Shown piece by piece: positions 29,546 to 39,033 of a stretch of DNA of 64,000 nucleotides. The notes below the pieces were generated by a model. The model was given only the letters and a program-made list of their open reading frames with translations, had not been told where the DNA came from and made no database searches. Position 1 is the first letter of the stretch, and every line of letters starts with the position of its first letter. The translations under genes were made by a program, and so were the position numbers. This DNA is from Myxococcota bacterium (GTDB lineage: Bacteria; Myxococcota_A; UBA9042; PHBI01; JAWLBL01), in the NCBI GenBank assembly GCA_041687695.1, contig JAWLBL010000033.1:1-64000 (forward strand), read 5' to 3'.

Positions 29546-29986
29546 ATGAGGACGCAAGTGTACGGAAGGGAGGAGTCGGGCACCGGGCGCCGCCGCAGGT
29601 GGGTGTGGCCGGTGGTCGCCCTGGTGGTGGTGGCGCTGGGCATCCTGCTGGTGACGCAGTGGGACCGGCTCAACGGCGTCGAGGGGCGTCGTGGTGTGAC
29701 GGTGGGCGCGCCCCCGGCGGGTGAGGCCGCGCCGATGCCGGACCCGTCGGGTGGGAGCATCGAGCCGGCGCGCGGCCCGCTCTCGGTGCCGCCGCCGCCG
29801 GGGCAGTTGCGCCCGGGGCGGGGGGGGATCCCCGAGCGGGCGCCCGACCTGCGCAGGTTGCCGGAGCCGACGCCGCAGCCGGTCGCACCCGGCCAGCCCG
29901 GGGTGCCGCCGCCGCAGCCAGGCACGCCTGGTCAGCCCGGGGCGTCGCCGCCCGGTGTGGCGCCGGAGCCTGGCGCCGCGCCCTGA
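29546..29986 (+). CDS. Pro-rich single-pass membrane protein
   Basis: TM helix WVWPVVALVVVALGILLV and a PGQPG-rich tail. Good RBS. Confidence 0.55.
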   Translation: MRTQVYGREESGTGRRRRWVWPVVALVVVALGILLVTQWDRLNGVEGRRGVTVGAPPAGEAAPMPDPSGGSIEPARGPLSVPPPPGQLRPGRGGIPERAPDLRRLPEPTPQPVAPGQPGVPPPQPGTPGQPGASPPGVAPEPGAAP

Positions 29987-30154
29987 GCGATGGGGGCGGG
30001 TGCGCCGCCGAGGCCCGTCGCGACCGCCCGACCCCCCCGCGGGGCTGGCCGGTGCGGCGGGCCTCGGCGTTCAAGGGGTACAGCGCGCCGGGGGCGGACC
30101 TAAGGTTGCGTTCGGCCCGGATGGGAAGGGCCAGATGGAATGGGGAGGTCCATC

Positions 30155-31030
30155 ATGAAGAAGGTGCATTCGAAGGCCGCGGCGTCGCCGCGGCGGTGGT
30201 GGCGCTGGCCGGTGGCGGTGGCCTCGGCCGCGGGGCTGGCGTTGGGGGCGCCGCTCGTCGTGGCGCAGGAGGCGCCGGGCGGGTCGCAGCCGCAGCAGCA
30301 GCAGCCGTGGCAGCAGCCCGGCCCTGGCGGCGCGGAGCGCGGCATGCCGGGCATGGGGGCGGGGGCCGCGGAGGCCTGCCCCGAAGGCAACGTCTCGGTG
30401 GCCGAGCTGCTGGTGGCGGCGGCCGACCCGTCGGTGCTCGAGGACAAGCAGGTCGAGCTGAAACAGGTCGAGGTCGTGCACAAGCTGGGCGACAAGGCGC
30501 TGCTGGTGAAGCCGGTCGGTCAGATCCTGGAGGATCTGGGCGGCGAGCCGACCGCGGGACAGGGCGCCTGGGAGACGCAGGGGCAGGACCGTCAGCAGCA
30601 GGGCGGCCAGGCCCTGGACCAGGCGCTCGAGCGTGACCAGGCGCAGCCGCGCTCGGGTCAGGAGCAGGCGCGCGAGGGCCAGCAGACGCAGCCGGACGGC
30701 GAGGAGGCGCTGCTGCTCGTGACGCTCGAGCAGCTGGAGGGTCAGCAGGCGCAGCAGGGCGACACGCCGCAGCGCCAGCAGGCCCAGCAGCCCGCGTCGC
30801 AGGCCCAGGGCAGCTCGTCGCAGGGCGAGGCGCTGCGTGCCGCCGACGTCCAGGTCGGTCAGATCCTCGTCATCGAGGGCACGATCAAGGACATCGAGGA
30901 CGGTGGGTTGCCCGACTTCAGCAGCGACGAGCTGGGTGAGGTCGAGCGCAGCACCCTCGAGGAGCACAACATCCTCGTCGAGGCGAGCAGCCTCCATCGC
31001 GACACGTCGTCCACCAGCGCGCTGCGCTGA
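30155..31030 (+). CDS. Secreted Gln-rich protein with putative split OB-fold
   Basis: Signal peptide ending VVA-QE, Q-rich inserts, and GQILVIEGTIK. Confidence 0.6.
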   Translation: MKKVHSKAAASPRRWWRWPVAVASAAGLALGAPLVVAQEAPGGSQPQQQQPWQQPGPGGAERGMPGMGAGAAEACPEGNVSVAELLVAAADPSVLEDKQVELKQVEVVHKLGDKALLVKPVGQILEDLGGEPTAGQGAWETQGQDRQQQGGQALDQALERDQAQPRSGQEQAREGQQTQPDGEEALLLVTLEQLEGQQAQQGDTPQRQQAQQPASQAQGSSSQGEALRAADVQVGQILVIEGTIKDIEDGGLPDFSSDELGEVERSTLEEHNILVEASSLHRDTSSTSALR

Positions 31031-31064
31031 TCGCGCCGGGTCGCGGCGACCTGCCCGACCGACC

Positions 31065-31098
31065 GAGCCCCGGGGGGCCCGTCCCTCGGGGCTCTCTT
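31065..31098 (+). terminator. Possible intrinsic terminator hairpin
   Basis: GAGCCCCG...CGGGGCTC stem followed by TCTT, just after stop 31030. The T-tract is weak. Confidence 0.35.
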
Positions 31099-31149
31099 CG
31101 TGAGCGGCGCCTTCCTTTTCCATGGGGCGCCGCAGGTCCGTCGTTGTGG

Positions 31150-31182
31150 CCGAGTCCGAGTCCGAGTCCGAGTCCGAGTCCG
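31150..31182. repeat. (CCGAGT)5 hexamer microsatellite
   Basis: ccgagtccgagtccgagtccgagtccgagtccg in an intergenic region. Confidence 0.85.
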
Positions 31183-31381
31183 TGGCCGAGACCGTGGCCG
31201 CAAGCGAGGCCACGCTCCGCTACGACAGCGGCGACGGAGCCGCCAACGGCCACCAGTTCGGTTCACCTCGGAGGCGGTCCCGAGCGTGTCTGCGGCATGC
31301 GCGCGCCCGCTTGCCGCTCCCCGGCAAGTCGGCTACATCGTGGCCGGTGCGAGATCGCGCACATTTCACCCGGGGGAACAC

Positions 31382-32350
31382 ATGCTCAGGAAGACGCTCA
31401 AGTGGGGTGCGCTCGTCCTCGTCGTGCTCGTCGGCGGCCTCGCCGCCTACGTCGGCGTGCGCAAGGACCGGACCTTCGACGCGCCGCTGCCGGCCCTGGC
31501 CGCCAGCGACGATCCCGCGGTCATCGAGCGCGGCCGCTATCTGGTCTATGGCCCCGCGCACTGTGGCAGCTGCCACATCGCGCCCGACAAGCTGGCCGAG
31601 GCCGAGGCGGGCGTCGAGCTGCCCCTGGTGGGCGGCTTCACCTTCGAACTGCCGCTGGGCAAGCTGTACGCCCCGAACCTGACGCCCTGCAAGGAGACCG
31701 GCATCGGGCGCTACTCGGACGGCGAGATCGCGCGCGTGCTGCGCCACGGCGTGCGGCCGGACGGTCGCGCCGTCTTCCCGCTGATGCCCTTCCAGAACCT
31801 CTCGGACGAGGACGTCGTCGCCGTCCTGTCCTTCCTGCGCGCGCAGCCGCCCGTGCGCAACGCGGTCCCGGACCACGAGTACTCCCTGCTGGGCGACATG
31901 GTCCGCGCCCTGGCGCTCGAGCCGGTCGGCCCGACCGGCGTGCCTCCCAAGCAGGTCGCCATCGGCGACCAGGCCGACTATGGCAAGTACCTGTCCGAGT
32001 CGGTCGCCAACTGCGTCGGCTGCCACACCGACCGCGATCTCGCGACGGGCGAGTTCATCGGCCCGCCGTACGCGGGCGGGCTGCGCCTCGAGGCGCTGGG
32101 CGAGCCCGGCATGGTCGTCGTCAGCCCCAACCTGACGCCGGATCCCAAGACGGGGCGCATCGCCAAGTGGTCCGAGGCGGACTTCATCGCGCGCATGCGC
32201 GCCGGCGCCACCGTGCAGGGCACCCACATGCCCTGGGCGTCGTACCGGCTGATGAGCGACTCCGACCTGCGTGCCATCTATCGGCACCTGATGTCGGTGC
32301 CGCCGGTCATGCGCGAGAACGGCCCGCCGCTGCAGCCCATCGACGGCTGA
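31382..32350 (+). CDS. Diheme cytochrome c
   Basis: N-terminal anchor, CGSCH and CVGCH heme motifs, and repeated PNLTP...G...W/YS..MP. Confidence 0.9.
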   Translation: MLRKTLKWGALVLVVLVGGLAAYVGVRKDRTFDAPLPALAASDDPAVIERGRYLVYGPAHCGSCHIAPDKLAEAEAGVELPLVGGFTFELPLGKLYAPNLTPCKETGIGRYSDGEIARVLRHGVRPDGRAVFPLMPFQNLSDEDVVAVLSFLRAQPPVRNAVPDHEYSLLGDMVRALALEPVGPTGVPPKQVAIGDQADYGKYLSESVANCVGCHTDRDLATGEFIGPPYAGGLRLEALGEPGMVVVSPNLTPDPKTGRIAKWSEADFIARMRAGATVQGTHMPWASYRLMSDSDLRAIYRHLMSVPPVMRENGPPLQPIDG

Positions 32351-32434
32351 TCGGCGCGGGACCCGACGCGCGGCGCGGCGCATCACGCCTTGGGCGGGGT
32401 GCGCCGCTTCGAGTCTGGGGCCGGGCGCGCCGGA

Positions 32435-33028
32435 TCACGCCTTGGGCGGGATGCGCAGCACCTTGCCGGGGTGCAGCCCCCCGATGTCCGGGTTGGCCGC
32501 CTTGATCTCCTCGTGGCGGCGCCCGTCGCCGTAGTACCGCTGGGCGATGGCCCAATAGGACTCGCCCTGCTGCACCACGTGATAGGTCGCGTCGTCCTCG
32601 ATGCCCGGCACGACCAGCACTACGCCCGGGTGCAGCGCCTTCACGTCGGGGTTGGCCTGCCGCAGCGCGGGATGCTTGCGCCCGTCGCCCCAGTGCTTCT
32701 GCGCGATGCGCCACCACGAGTCGCTCTTTTGCACCTCGTAGGTGCGCTTGCTCTGGTCGGCGGCTCCGGGCGGCGGCCTCTCGTGCTGCTCGCGCGCCAG
32801 GTACGAGTCGGTCGGCGAACCGGCCGCGTAGGTGAGGCGCGAATGGACGTCGGCGGCGCCGCGCGTGAAGGCCACGTCGATGGCCTCGGCCTCCTGGCCG
32901 GGGTCGTCGATCTCGCCCGTGAGGGTCACCTCACCCGACTCGGCGACCTCGACCTGCACTCCCGGCAGGCCTAGATCGTGCAAGCCTTCGGTGATGCTCT
33001 CGTGCAGCTGGGACACGGCGTTCGACAT
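32435..33028 (-). CDS. BON plus 2x LysM peptidoglycan-binding protein
   Basis: VTLTGEI BON-like segment and two YxVxxGxSxWxIAxxxxG...NP...LHPG LysM repeats. Confidence 0.8.
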   Translation of the reverse strand: MSNAVSQLHESITEGLHDLGLPGVQVEVAESGEVTLTGEIDDPGQEAEAIDVAFTRGAADVHSRLTYAAGSPTDSYLAREQHERPPPGAADQSKRTYEVQKSDSWWRIAQKHWGDGRKHPALRQANPDVKALHPGVVLVVPGIEDDATYHVVQQGESYWAIAQRYYGDGRRHEEIKAANPDIGGLHPGKVLRIPPKA

Positions 33029-33127
33029 GGGGGCCTCGCCTGGGGGTCGTGGGGATCGCCCGTCGTCATGCCAGCGCCGCGTGCGGTGCGTCAACCCGCC
33101 GGCTGCGAACGCAGGGTCGGCGGAGGG

Positions 33128-34288
33128 TCAGCCCACCAGGCGCCGCAGCGCGTCGCCGTACAGGCGGATGCGCTTGTCGCCCAGCTGCGGCACGGCCTCC
33201 AGATCGTCCGCGCCGCACCGCTTGAGGTGCTCGAGCGCCCGCGCCGGCAGCACCACCTGCAGCGTCACCCCGCGCCGCTCGGCCTCCTGCCGCCGCCACT
33301 CCTTCAGGCGCGCCTCGCGCTCGCGCTCCTCGGGGCCGACCTCGCGCCCCACCGGCCGGGGCGGCGGCTCGGGCGGCGCGGCGGCCGCCTCGTTCACCAC
33401 CCGCAGCAGATCCTGCGCCAGCGCCCCGCGCAGGCGCCCCGGCAGGCGCTTGCGGCCCAGCGCCTCCTGGGTCATCGGCGGCCGCTCGGCCAGCGCCAGC
33501 AGCGCCGCGTTGGCCAGCAGCCTGCCCGGCGGCACGTCCAGCGCGCGCGCCTGCTCGTCGCGCCACGCGTACAGCGCCGTCAGCATCGGCAGCGCCCGCT
33601 TGGGCAGCTCCCGCAGGCCCTTGAGGCGCCACATCCCGGCGGGATCGAACCCCGCCTCGTGCGCCCCCGTCTCCTCGACGGCGCGGTTGGCGATGGCGAC
33701 CTCCTCCTCGAGGTCGGCCTCGCGCACGCGCTCCATCAGCACACGCGCCACCTCGGGCAGGTGGATGACGTCGTCCAGCGCGTACAGCAGCGCGTCGTCG
33801 GCCAGCGGTCGCGTGGCCCAGTCGTACTGGCTCAGGTGCTTGGGCAGGCTCACGCCGCAGATCGCCTCGACCAGGGCCCCGTAGCCCGTCCGCTCCCAGC
33901 CCAGCAGGCTCGCCGCCTGTTGCGTGTCGAACAGCCCGCCCAGCGCCAGGTCGTACTCGCGCTTGAGCACGGCCACGTCGTACTCGCCGCCGTGCACGAA
34001 CACGCGCCGCGCGTCCCCCGCCAGCAGCTCGGCCAGCCCGCCCAGCGCGCCCGGCCCGGTCGGCAGCGCCAGCGTGTCCACCATGAACAGACGCCCCGCC
34101 GCGTTGATCTGCAGCAGACACACCCGCTCCCGGTAGGCGTGCATCGAGTTGCTCTCCGTGTCGATCGCGCACCACGGCGCCGCCTCGACCGCCCGCGCGA
34201 CCTCCTCGAGGCCCGCCGCGTCGCTCACCCACCGATGCTCCGCCCGCTCCGTCCCGCTCGTCATCGCGCTCGTCACCTCTTGCGTCAT
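33128..34288 (-). CDS. rnd: Ribonuclease D (DEDDy exonuclease plus HRDC domains)
   Basis: AIDTES, CLLQI, FDTQ and DW..RPL....YA.DD motifs, plus HRDC WR...A repeats. Confidence 0.85.
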   Translation of the reverse strand: MTQEVTSAMTSGTERAEHRWVSDAAGLEEVARAVEAAPWCAIDTESNSMHAYRERVCLLQINAAGRLFMVDTLALPTGPGALGGLAELLAGDARRVFVHGGEYDVAVLKREYDLALGGLFDTQQAASLLGWERTGYGALVEAICGVSLPKHLSQYDWATRPLADDALLYALDDVIHLPEVARVLMERVREADLEEEVAIANRAVEETGAHEAGFDPAGMWRLKGLRELPKRALPMLTALYAWRDEQARALDVPPGRLLANAALLALAERPPMTQEALGRKRLPGRLRGALAQDLLRVVNEAAAAPPEPPPRPVGREVGPEEREREARLKEWRRQEAERRGVTLQVVLPARALEHLKRCGADDLEAVPQLGDKRIRLYGDALRRLVG

Positions 34289-34433
34289 GGCCCCGCCATT
34301 GGACCAACCACGCCGATTTGTCCACTCATTAGCCGGCTTCCTCGGCGAAGCTCGCCGAACGCCGCCCCGCGCGCTGGCCTGCGTCCGCGCGGGTGCGTAA
34401 GGATGGAGACCGTCGCCGACCCGGAGCCGTCGC

Positions 34434-35480
34434 TTGCGTCCATTGCCTCCCGCCTTGCTCGCCGCCACCGCCCTCGCCCTCGTCGCCTGCCGCGAGCGCC
34501 CCTCCCCGCCGCCCCCCGCTCCACCCGAGGCGGGGCAGCCGCTCGGCGACGCGCCGCCAGACGCGCTCCCCTCGAAGCCGCCCACCCTGCAGGACCTGGC
34601 CCGGCTCCACGCCTCGCAGGCCCCGCCGCTCGACCGCTGCGAACGCATCGACGCCTGGGCCGAGGCCCTGCGACGCGCCGACGCCGGGGCGCTGCCTCCG
34701 CCGCCCGAGCTGCTCGAGCCCCCCGAGCCCAGCGTCCCTCCGATGGCCCTGCGGCTCGGCCCGCTCTGGGTGCCGTTCCCCAGCGGCGACTACGCGGCCC
34801 GCCTCGAGACGGTCGACGTCGCCGGCCGCCCCCGCCCGCGGCTCGTGCTGACCTCGTCCGACCTCGAGCTCTCCGTGTCCATGACCGACGCGGCCCGCCC
34901 GCTCAACGACGCCTTCGCCCCGCTCGACGGCCCCATGCCGCCCGCCCCGACCGCCGCCACGCGCGCGCTGTTCGGCGACGCGCCGCCGACCCGGCTGTCG
35001 CTGATGCGCGAGACCGCCCTCCCCATCCCGCCCTGCGACCCCGACGAGGTCGACGCGGCGCTGCGGCCCCTCCTCGCGCGGACCCACTTGCGGGCCCGGA
35101 CGACGGACGCCCACCGCGTGACCGACTCCCTGGCAGCTCCGGGGGCCGTGCTAACCGCGCGCCCGGGCGGACAGGGGCTGCCGGTCTGGGAGGTGGACCT
35201 GCCGGCCGAGGGCATGGCCTGGCGCGTCGCGTACGCGCCCCGGAGTCCCGAGGCGGCCGCCGAGTCGGCGGCCCGTGCGCGCCAGGTCGCGCTCGAGCCC
35301 CAGCGCGCGGTGCGCCCGTTGCCCGCCCCGGTGTGGCTCGAGGACCTGGCGCGCGCCTTCGGCGGCGACGCGGCGGCCGCGGGCCGGCTGCTGGGGGCCC
35401 CGTCCGAGGGGCTGGACGCGGCGACCCTGCAGTGGCTGCGCGTGCTCGGTCCCCCGCCGGCCGGGGACGCGGCGCCCTGA
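34434..35480 (+). CDS. Hypothetical lipoprotein
   Basis: Lipobox LVAC. The ORF fills the gap between rnd and the oxidase. Confidence 0.55.
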   Translation: MRPLPPALLAATALALVACRERPSPPPPAPPEAGQPLGDAPPDALPSKPPTLQDLARLHASQAPPLDRCERIDAWAEALRRADAGALPPPPELLEPPEPSVPPMALRLGPLWVPFPSGDYAARLETVDVAGRPRPRLVLTSSDLELSVSMTDAARPLNDAFAPLDGPMPPAPTAATRALFGDAPPTRLSLMRETALPIPPCDPDEVDAALRPLLARTHLRARTTDAHRVTDSLAAPGAVLTARPGGQGLPVWEVDLPAEGMAWRVAYAPRSPEAAAESAARARQVALEPQRAVRPLPAPVWLEDLARAFGGDAAAAGRLLGAPSEGLDAATLQWLRVLGPPPAGDAAP

Positions 35481-35487
35481 CCCGACG

Positions 35488-37092
35488 TCAGGGCAGCAGC
35501 ACGCCCGGGTTCATCACGCCGGCCGGGTCCAGGGTCGCCTTGACGGCCGCCAGGGCGCGGCCGAATGGCTCGGGCGTCTGCTGGGCGAACCAGGGCCGGT
35601 GCGTGCGGCCGACCGCGTGGTGGTGGGTGATGGTGGCGCCGTGGGCGACCAGCGTGTCCGAGGCGGCGGCCTTGATGGCGGCCCACTGCTCGAGCTCGGC
35701 GCCGTCGCGGGCGGGCGCCAGGAAGGTGTAGTAGGGCGCCGGGCCGTCCGGGTAGACGTGCGTGAAGCGGCAGGTCAGGCGGCCCTGGCCGCAGTGGGCC
35801 TTCATGGCGGCGCGGACGTTGGCGACGAGCGCGGCGTGCAGCGCCGGGAAGGCGGTCCAGGTGCAGGCGGTCTCGAAGGTGTCGACCAGCACCCCCAGGC
35901 TGACCAGCACGCCCTGCAGATAGGGCGCGTCGAAGAAGGCCTGACGCCACGCGCCCGAGGCGCCCTCGGCGGGTTCGTCGGCGGCGCCTTCGCCGGACAC
36001 GTTCGGGGCGCCGGCCGCGCCGCCGTGGCGCTCGCACAGGGCGATGGCCTGGCCGAGCAGCCCGTCGACCGGGGCTTCGGCCGACTCGAAGGCGACCAGC
36101 AGGACGTGGGTCCCGTCGCGCGTGACCTGATGGAGGGCGGCCTCGCGCGCGTCCAGCAGGCGGGCGTTGGCCGGGTTCAGGCCGGACTGGGCCAGGGCGC
36201 GCGTCGCGGCGACGGCGGCGTCCCAGTCGGCGAAGCGGACGCTGACGCGGGCGCGGTGGGTGGGGCGGGGGCGCACGCGCATCGTGGCCTCGGTGATGAC
36301 GCCGAAGGCGCCCTCGGAGCCCAGCGCGAGGCGGTTCGGGTCGGGGCCGGCGCCGGAGGCGGGCCAGCGCGGCGTCTCGAGGACCCCGGTGGGCGTGACC
36401 AGGCGGACCGACTGGACGAAGTCGTCGATGTGCGTGTGGACGGTCGCGAAGTGGCCGCCGGCGCGGGTGGCGATCCAGCCGCCCAGGGTCGACAGCTCGA
36501 AGCTCTGCGGGTAGTGGCGCAGGGTCAGCCCGTGGTCGGCGAGCTGCGCCTCGAGGCGCGGCCCCTTTGCGCCGGCCTGGATGCGCGCCGTGCGCGAGAC
36601 GGGGTCGACCTCGAGCACGCGGTCGAGGCGGCCCAGGTCCAGGCTGGCCGTGCCCGCGAAGCCGGCGGGGACCTCGGGCTCGACGCCGCCGACCACGCTG
36701 GTGCCGCCGCCGTACGGGATGAGGGCCACGCGCGCGTCGGCCGCCCAGGCGATGGCCGCGACCACGTCGGCCTCGTCGCGCGGGTGCAGGACCAGGTCGG
36801 GGGCGCGGCCGAAGTCGCCGCGGAAGCCGCGCACCAGATCGGGGTAGCCGCGGCCGTGCGTGTGCAGGGCGCGGTCCAGCCGATCGGTCGACGCGACGTC
36901 GGCCAGCGCGGCGGGCGCGCTCAGGCGCGGCGCGGGCATGCGGACGTCGTCCAGGGTCGGCGTCGGGCGGGCCTCGAGCGCCGGGAAGCCCAGCAGGGCC
37001 GAGGCCATCCGCGCCTGCTGGCGGCGCGCCTCGTCGGACGGGAAGCGGTCCTCGTAACCCCAGGCCCAGAAGCTGCGTGTGCGTTCGTTCAT
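35488..37092 (-). CDS. FAD-binding oxidoreductase, alkyl-DHAP synthase-like
   Basis: PYGGGTSVVGG, HYPQSFELSTLGGW, GSEG and THHHAVG motifs. Confidence 0.85.
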   Translation of the reverse strand: MNERTRSFWAWGYEDRFPSDEARRQQARMASALLGFPALEARPTPTLDDVRMPAPRLSAPAALADVASTDRLDRALHTHGRGYPDLVRGFRGDFGRAPDLVLHPRDEADVVAAIAWAADARVALIPYGGGTSVVGGVEPEVPAGFAGTASLDLGRLDRVLEVDPVSRTARIQAGAKGPRLEAQLADHGLTLRHYPQSFELSTLGGWIATRAGGHFATVHTHIDDFVQSVRLVTPTGVLETPRWPASGAGPDPNRLALGSEGAFGVITEATMRVRPRPTHRARVSVRFADWDAAVAATRALAQSGLNPANARLLDAREAALHQVTRDGTHVLLVAFESAEAPVDGLLGQAIALCERHGGAAGAPNVSGEGAADEPAEGASGAWRQAFFDAPYLQGVLVSLGVLVDTFETACTWTAFPALHAALVANVRAAMKAHCGQGRLTCRFTHVYPDGPAPYYTFLAPARDGAELEQWAAIKAAASDTLVAHGATITHHHAVGRTHRPWFAQQTPEPFGRALAAVKATLDPAGVMNPGVLLP

Positions 37093-37216
37093 GGCGGCGA
37101 GTCTGACCCATCGCGCCGGCCCCCGCCAGCGCAGTCACCGCCCACGCGCTGGCGTCGCGCGCGCCGAGTGGCTACAACGGCCCATCCCGGCAACGTTCAC
37201 GGCACGCGAGGCGCCC

Positions 37217-37615
37217 ATGGCCATCCCCAGCGAAGTGCACCGTCTGCTCGCGCAGCGCGACGGCTCGACGCGCGTGGCGCTCGTCGGTGCCAACAACGAC
37301 CCCAGCAAGTACGGCTCGATCATCTTCCTGGATCTGGCGCGCAAGGGCTTCACGGTCCTGCCCATCCACCCGCGCGAGCCGACCGTGCACGGCGCCGCCG
37401 CCTACCCCACGGTGGCCGACGCCCCCGGGCCCATCCACATCGTGAACTTCGTGGTGCCCCCGGCGGTCGCGCGCCAGGTCGTGGACGCCCTCGACCCCGC
37501 CCGGTGCGACGTCCTGTGGTTCCAACCCGGCGCCTACGACCCCGCGGTCGTGCGCGCCGCCCGCGACCGCTTCCCCACCGTCATCGTCGGCGACTGCATC
37601 ATGGTCGAGACCTGA
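37217..37615 (+). CDS. CoA-binding domain protein (YccU-like)
   Basis: VALVGAN.DP.KYG, LWFQPGA and CIMV motifs. Confidence 0.85.
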   Translation: MAIPSEVHRLLAQRDGSTRVALVGANNDPSKYGSIIFLDLARKGFTVLPIHPREPTVHGAAAYPTVADAPGPIHIVNFVVPPAVARQVVDALDPARCDVLWFQPGAYDPAVVRAARDRFPTVIVGDCIMVET

Positions 37616-37661
37616 TCCTCCCGACCCGCCGACCCCCTCGCCGCGGCCGCACTCCATCCGC

Positions 37662-38033
37662 TCACGGCTCGCTCGCCGAGCCCTTGTGTTGCTTGTCCGG
37701 GCTCCGCCACGGCCACCGCCCCTCCAGCTCGACCTCCAGCGCCATCGCCAGGAACGTCCGGACGAATACGATGATGGCCAGCACGACGGCCCTCTCCAGC
37801 GTCGGGACGGTGCTGATCGTGCGGATGATGTCGGCCGCGACCAGCAGCTCGAGCCCCAGCAGGATGCTGCGACCCAGGAACCGGCGGTAGCGGTGGTAGG
37901 CGTGCCCCGGCGGCTCGTGTCGCAGCTTGCCGATGGCGATGACGACGCCGAGGAGGGCCCCACCCAGGATGATGGCCACCCCGGCGACCTCGGCTCCGGT
38001 CGCGGCCGCCTCGATGATCTCCAGGAGGCTCAT
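37662..38033 (-). CDS. DUF1622 membrane protein
   Basis: LGRSILLGLELLVAADIIRT and EGRWPW motifs. Confidence 0.85.
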   Translation of the reverse strand: MSLLEIIEAAATGAEVAGVAIILGGALLGVVIAIGKLRHEPPGHAYHRYRRFLGRSILLGLELLVAADIIRTISTVPTLERAVVLAIIVFVRTFLAMALEVELEGRWPWRSPDKQHKGSASEP

Positions 38034-38264
38034 GGCGCCCATCCTAGCCGCGCCCGCCCGGCCCTCCGCGCTTCCGGGCTCCAGCTGCCCTCCGGCCCGT
38101 CTCGCCCGCCCGCCCGAGCCGACCGAGGGGGCTCACGCCGCGCGTCCCACCGCCCGACTTCGCGCGCCGTTCCAGGGGCTCGGGACCGGCTCGAGCCCGC
38201 GGGTGGGCGCGCCGGACCCGCCTGCGCTATGCTGGGGGCACTCCCCGTCTACCCGGAGCCCCCC

Positions 38265-38981
38265 ATGACCTCCCCCCTCCCGCGCTCGCTCCGCGCCCTC
38301 GGCGCCGCCGCCGCCCTGGGCCTCCTCGCGCCCGCCTGCGCCTCCACGGCCGCCCGCCCCGACGCCCCCGCCGCCGGCCACCGCACCCCCGACCAGGCCG
38401 GCGGCAACGCCGCGCCCGCCGCGCCCCGCGAGATCACGCGCCTCGAGTCGGCCAAGCCGCCGCCCGCCGCCCCGCGCCCGGCCGCAGAGGTCTTCGTCCA
38501 CCGGGACTCCGGCTTCTCGTTCCCCTCCGAGGTCGCCGAGCTGCGCCGCGGGGACATCACCAACTTCGACGACCAGGGCCTCGACGTCGGCATCGGCTAC
38601 GGCCGCCCCGGCCTGAACGTCACCTGCTTCGTCTTCCCGCGCCGGACCATGGCCGAACCCACCGTCGACGCCCACTTCGACGGCGCCCTCGCGGCCATCC
38701 GCACCAACAACCCCGACGCGGTCCTCGTCGATCGCCTGACCCACCCGGTCCAAAAGGGCGAGGCCACCGTCGCCGCCAGGCTGGCCCTCCTCGAGCTGCG
38801 CGAGGAGGACGAGCGCCTCGGCTCCATCCTCCTCGTCGTCCCCGCAGGCGACCACGTCATCAAGCTCCGCGCCACCTACCTCATGGCCGCCGGCGCCACC
38901 TCCTACGTCCTCTCGCGCCTCGACGCCCTCCTCGACGCCGTCTCCTGGGCCCCCACCGGCCGCGCCTCCGCCCACCTCTGA
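38265..38981 (+). CDS. Hypothetical lipoprotein
   Basis: Lipobox APAC, Pro/Ala linker and a globular C-terminus. Confidence 0.6.
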   Translation: MTSPLPRSLRALGAAAALGLLAPACASTAARPDAPAAGHRTPDQAGGNAAPAAPREITRLESAKPPPAAPRPAAEVFVHRDSGFSFPSEVAELRRGDITNFDDQGLDVGIGYGRPGLNVTCFVFPRRTMAEPTVDAHFDGALAAIRTNNPDAVLVDRLTHPVQKGEATVAARLALLELREEDERLGSILLVVPAGDHVIKLRATYLMAAGATSYVLSRLDALLDAVSWAPTGRASAHL

Positions 38982-39033
38982 CCCCGCCGCGCGCCCGACG
39001 CCGAAGCGTGGGCACGCGACGGGCCGTCGAGCG

